Shown one piece after another: positions 59,374 to 64,000 of a stretch of DNA of 64,000 nt. The notes beneath the pieces were generated by a model. It worked only from the letters and a program-made list of their open reading frames with translations, was not told the origin of the DNA and did no database searches. How positions within the stretch are numbered: the first letter of the stretch is position 1; each line of letters opens with the position of its first letter. The translations under genes were made by a program, and so were the position numbers. The DNA comes from Craspedostauros australis (taxonomy: Eukaryota): the NCBI GenBank assembly GCA_030167865.1, contig JALAGF010001309.1:1-64000 (forward strand), read 5' to 3'.

Positions 59374-62300
59374 ATGACACGTCTTGCGCTATCGTCGATA
59401 CCGACGATCATGGTGGCTCTGACCACCATGCTGTCGTTGGCGGCCGCCACCACACCAAAGGCCTTCGACTTCGATGGACTCTTCCAGTGGGTCCGCTCGC
59501 ATCCCGACTCCGTGATCCATGAGTCGCAGGATTTCCGCGCTCGAGATCCCACGGATGCGCGCTCACCGTACGGCATGTATGCCACTGCGGACCTCGCCAA
59601 GGGCACCGTTCTGCTGCGCGTTCCGTGGGATCTCATCATCCGACGTGGCAAGAAGTATGTGCGCGGCGACAGTCCGGATCTGGCGGGCATCAGCTGCGGT
59701 GCTGTGCGCAAGCTGTGGAAGGAGTGGGCGAAGTACTTCTATCATGATGGTGACGAAGCCGAGGTTGAGGCCGACGCAACTGCGGATGGCGATGCCGATG
59801 CGGAAGACACGCATGACGAGGCTGCGACATCATCCAAATACGGTCCGTACCTGGAGTACTTGAAATACGCGCTTTCGGCGCAAGGCGATGGCTCCAGCTA
59901 CACCATCCCATCGGCGTGGTCCAAACCAGGCCAGGAGCTCCTGCTGGACTGGCTGGACCAAATCGTCCTCCCCAACAACGACATGGTCACATGGGTGACG
60001 GAGGACTGGGATTTCTATTGCAAGAAGCCGTCGGTGTCCATCCCGCGCGAGGACGAGCTCGCCGTCGTCGCGGCCGTCGTGCAACAGGGAGAGCAGGATG
60101 CCATGGTACCCCTGTCCAACTTCTACAATCATCGCAACTACATCGGAAATAAGGGCCATTTCTTTTGGACCAATGCCGATGCCGTGTTGGTACGCAAGGA
60201 GTACTACGAGATCACCGCCACGCGCGATATCAAGGCGGGAGAAGAGATCTACATGTCCTTCACGGATTGTGCAGCGTGCGGGGAGCGTGCCGATACGCAC
60301 GGTCTCTTTGGTGAGTGTGATTGTTGCTATATGCTCGTTGCTGGATGTTGAAACATATTGACACGTGGTGATGCACGGTGATATAATACATTCCAGGTCG
60401 CATCTCGATCATTCTTCCTCTGCCCCGTACGGTCCGGCCCAACTCAATCTCACCCCTTTCCATTGTTTTCATTCTCCCCAACGCACCATCCAAAACCGCA
60501 CCATGGCTGAAAAACAACAACAGAGCTCTTCCGAGACTACGGCTTCGTCGAAACGTTCCCACAGAGATGGGTGTTCGAGGAGGAAGATATTGACTTCGAC
60601 CTCGACTTCATCCCGGGTCCCGATGGCGACAAGGCGAACAGCGTATACAAGGTCGATTGGGTCGCCAACCAGGACACCGACAAGACCGACATCAACCTCC
60701 TGCGCGAAAAGCTCAGAGCACTGGAACTCTTTGGTACAATGGAATGGCGCGTTACGGCAGAAGACAATGACATCCCCGCCAAGGAACTGGCCAGCTTTTG
60801 GGAGCTGCACCAGGCAACCACCATTGCTGTGACGGAGGCAATCAAGTACCTCGAGAATCACTTTGGTGATCATGACGAGGACGAGGACACCATGACGGAT
60901 GAGGAGATGCAGGAGGCGTACTGCCTGGGTGGACGCATGGAGCTCCCCAAGGGCTACCCGTACGTTATGCCTCAAGACAGGCGTCCAGATGTTTGCGTCA
61001 TGGTGGATCCGTACGTCGACTTGAACGCGACCAACCACGTCGAGAAGGCGAAGAAGATGCAGGTCTGCGACAACTTCGAGGAGCTCATGTTCCTCAATCA
61101 CACCGTCACGGAGATTCGGCAGTCGCACTACCAGAAGATGACGTTCGATTTCAACGAGCAGACAGAAAACGTGTGCTTCGATCTGGATGGAACTCTCCAA
61201 ATCTGCGACAACTACCGTCCGCAGTATCACGAATACGCCGTGCACTATCCGGCTCAGTATTTGGACTCGATCGAGCGCGTGCTGTTCATTGGCGGCGGAG
61301 ATTCCATGCTGCTGCATGAAATCCTCAAGTACCCATCGCTGAAGCAGGTCATCGGTCTGGAGCTCGATCAGCAGGTCACTCGCAAATGCTTCAAGTACTT
61401 CGAGACGCAGCCGCTGTTCCACGATCCGCGGGTGGAGTGGTGGTTCGGCGATGCCACCAAGTCACTCCTGTTGCTTCCGACGGAATTCTACATGGAAGGG
61501 TCGTTCGATCTGGTCCTGGTCGATCTCTCCGAAACAGTGACGGCCCTGACGGTAAACAACAAGCTAGACGTCCTTGGGGCGTTGGCGCTCCTGGTCAAGC
61601 CGGATGGCATTCTGGTGAAGAACGAGCACTACTTTGACAAGCTCAGCAGGTTCTTCAACTACACGCAGCAGATCAACTACGACAGCCCCATCCTCTGCGG
61701 CCAGTCCATGTCGATGGGCAGCAACAGCATCGATTTCATGCGCCATGGCACCAAATCGCACGGCGTCAAAACTCTGCTGATGAAGACCTTCGAGACGGTC
61801 GGCGATAAGATGGAATTCATTGAGAATTATGGTCAGAACAACTACGACCTGCGTCACCGGGGGGTCTGCACAGAACCCAAGGATCAGGACGACGCAGCGG
61901 ATGCCTTCCAGGACACGAGCCCCACCGTGACGCTGGCCATGCACGTTGTGGGCGACGTCGAGGGCGTGAGCGTGTCGGAGGATGTCGATGCCCTCATTGC
62001 ACGAGTTGGCAAGGAGAACGGGCTCACCTTCATCAACACCATCTCGAACGAACCAACGGTCGTTGTTTTCGAGGAGGGATACGTGTCGGCCACAGTGTGG
62101 CCCGACCTGAACTACTGCGCCCTCGATGTCCACATGTGGGGATCGTACGACAAGGTCGAAACCATCCGAGATGCGTTGATTGCAGCCCTTGGGGCAGATC
62201 CGCGAACCACGCAAACCTACCGCGTCATTGTCGGTGGGATGTACGGTTATCCCGGATTTGACGAGCAGCAGAGCCGTATTGGGCCGCCACAGAGTTCATC

Positions 62301-63576
62301 CACGAGGTACTGTCACGACCTTGGGAAGCCAGCGTCGAAGGAGGAAGCAGCAGCAGCAGCCAAATCCAGCCTTAGCGTGTTCCTCGAAACTATGCCTTCG
62401 CTGTTGATGGCGCCATCCAACCTCACTGCGGTTTTCTGCGGTCCAAAGGACGGCGCCGAACCTTGCGAAGCATTTGAGACGATCAGCAGCAGCGTCATCG
62501 GTGCGGATGCATCTCGAGTTATTCCAATCTGGGGCTGCGATGATCTGATCGACATCGCTTCGTTGCAGGCGTCCCAACCAACGACGGAGGTTCTGAACGG
62601 CATCAGTGCCATGACCGAGTGCGAGGGCAGGGTTCGGAAACAGCTGGAAGACTCCGCCAAGGAGCACGGCATGAAGTACTCGCAGATCGTGATGGATCCA
62701 TCGGTGGAGTACCCGATGATGAAGATCATTTACAACGCTCTGCGAAGTCCACGAAGCAAGCGCCTGTTGATCGACAGCAACAGCATCATCGTCTCGGCGC
62801 AATCGAAACGTGAGGATATGTTCCGCGCGAATATCATTCCGAGGCTGCGCCTGGCCTACAACTGGCACCCCATCTTCAGTGTCCAAACGGTGATCCGCGA
62901 CAGCTCGCACTCAACATTCGTCAACGCCGTGTCCATCCTGAGTGTCGGCGACCCTGAATTCTTGGAGAAGCTGGCGAAGGCAGAGCAGAGCATCAACGAG
63001 AGGTTACAGTCCACGGATGGCAACGGTGATGAGCTTCAAGTTATCCGCCTCACGGCCGGCGAGGACTTGTTTGACGAGAATCATAACCCTCCACGGTTCA
63101 ACCATTCTCATTACGATTTCATGCCAGCACGAGAACAATTCGATGGGCAGTCCCCCATTGGACGGCAGACGATATTCCAGATCGACGCCAACGACGAGCC
63201 GAACGTGCCCGTGCTGTTCAAGGCGATGGAGGCGGCGTCCAGCTGGGCCAACTTCACCTCCACCCACTCCGCCATGCAGAACCACGGCATCGGGGACGGC
63301 GCAATCGTCATGAGGGCCTTCGAGCAGGGCAGCGCTATCGCCGTTTGGGGTGGCCTCTACCACGTCGATCTCATCCTGTTCTCCACCGATGAGTCGGAAG
63401 ACCTGGCCACGGGCTTTGGCGAGGCTTTTGTTTCCGCCTTGACAGGTGGCAAGCTGGGTCTTCGTGATGATCAACCACGTGGTGTCGGCCGCGTCATCAA
63501 CTTCCAAGTTGACATCGATGAAGACGTGAGCAATGCCGACAACTCCGACAAGCTGGTGAAAGTGAATCATGATTAA
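59374..63576 (+). CDS. Signal peptide + SET domain + spermidine-synthase-like aminopropyltransferase + two AdoMetDC-like domains (putative long-chain polyamine synthesis fusion); exons 59374-60310, 60524-63576 (1329 aa)
   Basis: SET motifs GMYATADL.KG.VL.RVP, P....NH and ATRDIKAGEEI. A phase-1 intron (GTGAGT..CAG) gives GLF-E-LFRDYGFVE.FPQRW. Aminopropyltransferase motifs LDG.LQ, YHE..VH, RVLFIGGGD, LELD..V, GDA and FDLVLVD. AdoMetDC-like strands VFEEGYVSATVWPDLNYCALDVHMWG and AFEQGSAIAVWGG..HVDLILF. Confidence 0.9.
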
Positions 63577-64000
63577 GATTGGTCTTGCGCAAGTGCCGGG
63601 AGAGTATGCACGCTCGTTGCAGAGTACTCTACGGTACTCTCCATGAAAAGGTTGTAACGGTAACGAGCAGGCGTTATTCTGGAAATAGAAACGACCAACC
63701 AGCAAGTATACTCTACTATTATTCTCTATCGTAGCCGTCCCTTTGGTCTCTATGGTGTGCAAGCGCTTGCCCAACAGGTATGGTACTTCTGTCTCAGCGT
63801 TGGCGTCGTTGCGGTCGATGGTGGGGAGTATTGCTCTGCACGCCTGTCCTTCTTCATCCATCCCATCGGCCAAGCTGGGTCATCAATCGATGAAACCGCA
63901 ACATCGCCGCCACTGCTCCATTTGTATTCGCACCGCCCGCACCAAGGCTTGCTGTGGCGCGCACAGGGCCGGTTCGCGTGACTTCTGCCTTTGCTCCGGC

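Noticed and set aside
63749-64000. Minus-strand frame open from the window edge, possibly the 3' end of a neighbouring gene
   Set aside because: About 80 codons with no recognisable motif; it cannot be supported without the adjacent sequence.

Overview
Eukaryotic nuclear DNA with GT-AG introns, almost certainly from a diatom and probably a raphid pennate (inferred from the gene families; the species cannot be determined). The window opens in the 3' end of a Ty1/copia (CoDi-type) retrotransposon and then carries 19 protein-coding genes: ZNF598/Hel2 E3 ligase, an LRR/RNI-like orphan, a ShK-domain prolyl 4-hydroxylase, SRP40/Nopp140, a small orphan, a Patched/NPC1 RND transporter, a sulfatase, a membrane-anchored acyl-CoA-binding protein, a plastid-type SAM methyltransferase, UCH37, a heat-shock factor, a nitroreductase, a putative GPI-anchored two-repeat surface protein, a 4-TM protein, a TFIIS-N fusion protein, a STAND ATPase-TPR protein, a myosin, an RVxF-family protein and a SET/aminopropyltransferase/AdoMetDC-like polyamine fusion. 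I reconstructed eight spliced gene models by hand; all give an open frame, and most joins restore a family motif. The most interesting observation is the 4-TM gene at 40390-41903: its first TM helix is absent from the ORF track because of introns, and it aligns without gaps to the Orai/CRAC pore helix, including the selectivity-filter glutamate. All family calls come from recognising motifs by eye; no database search was run. No rRNA, tRNA or CRISPR array was recognised.
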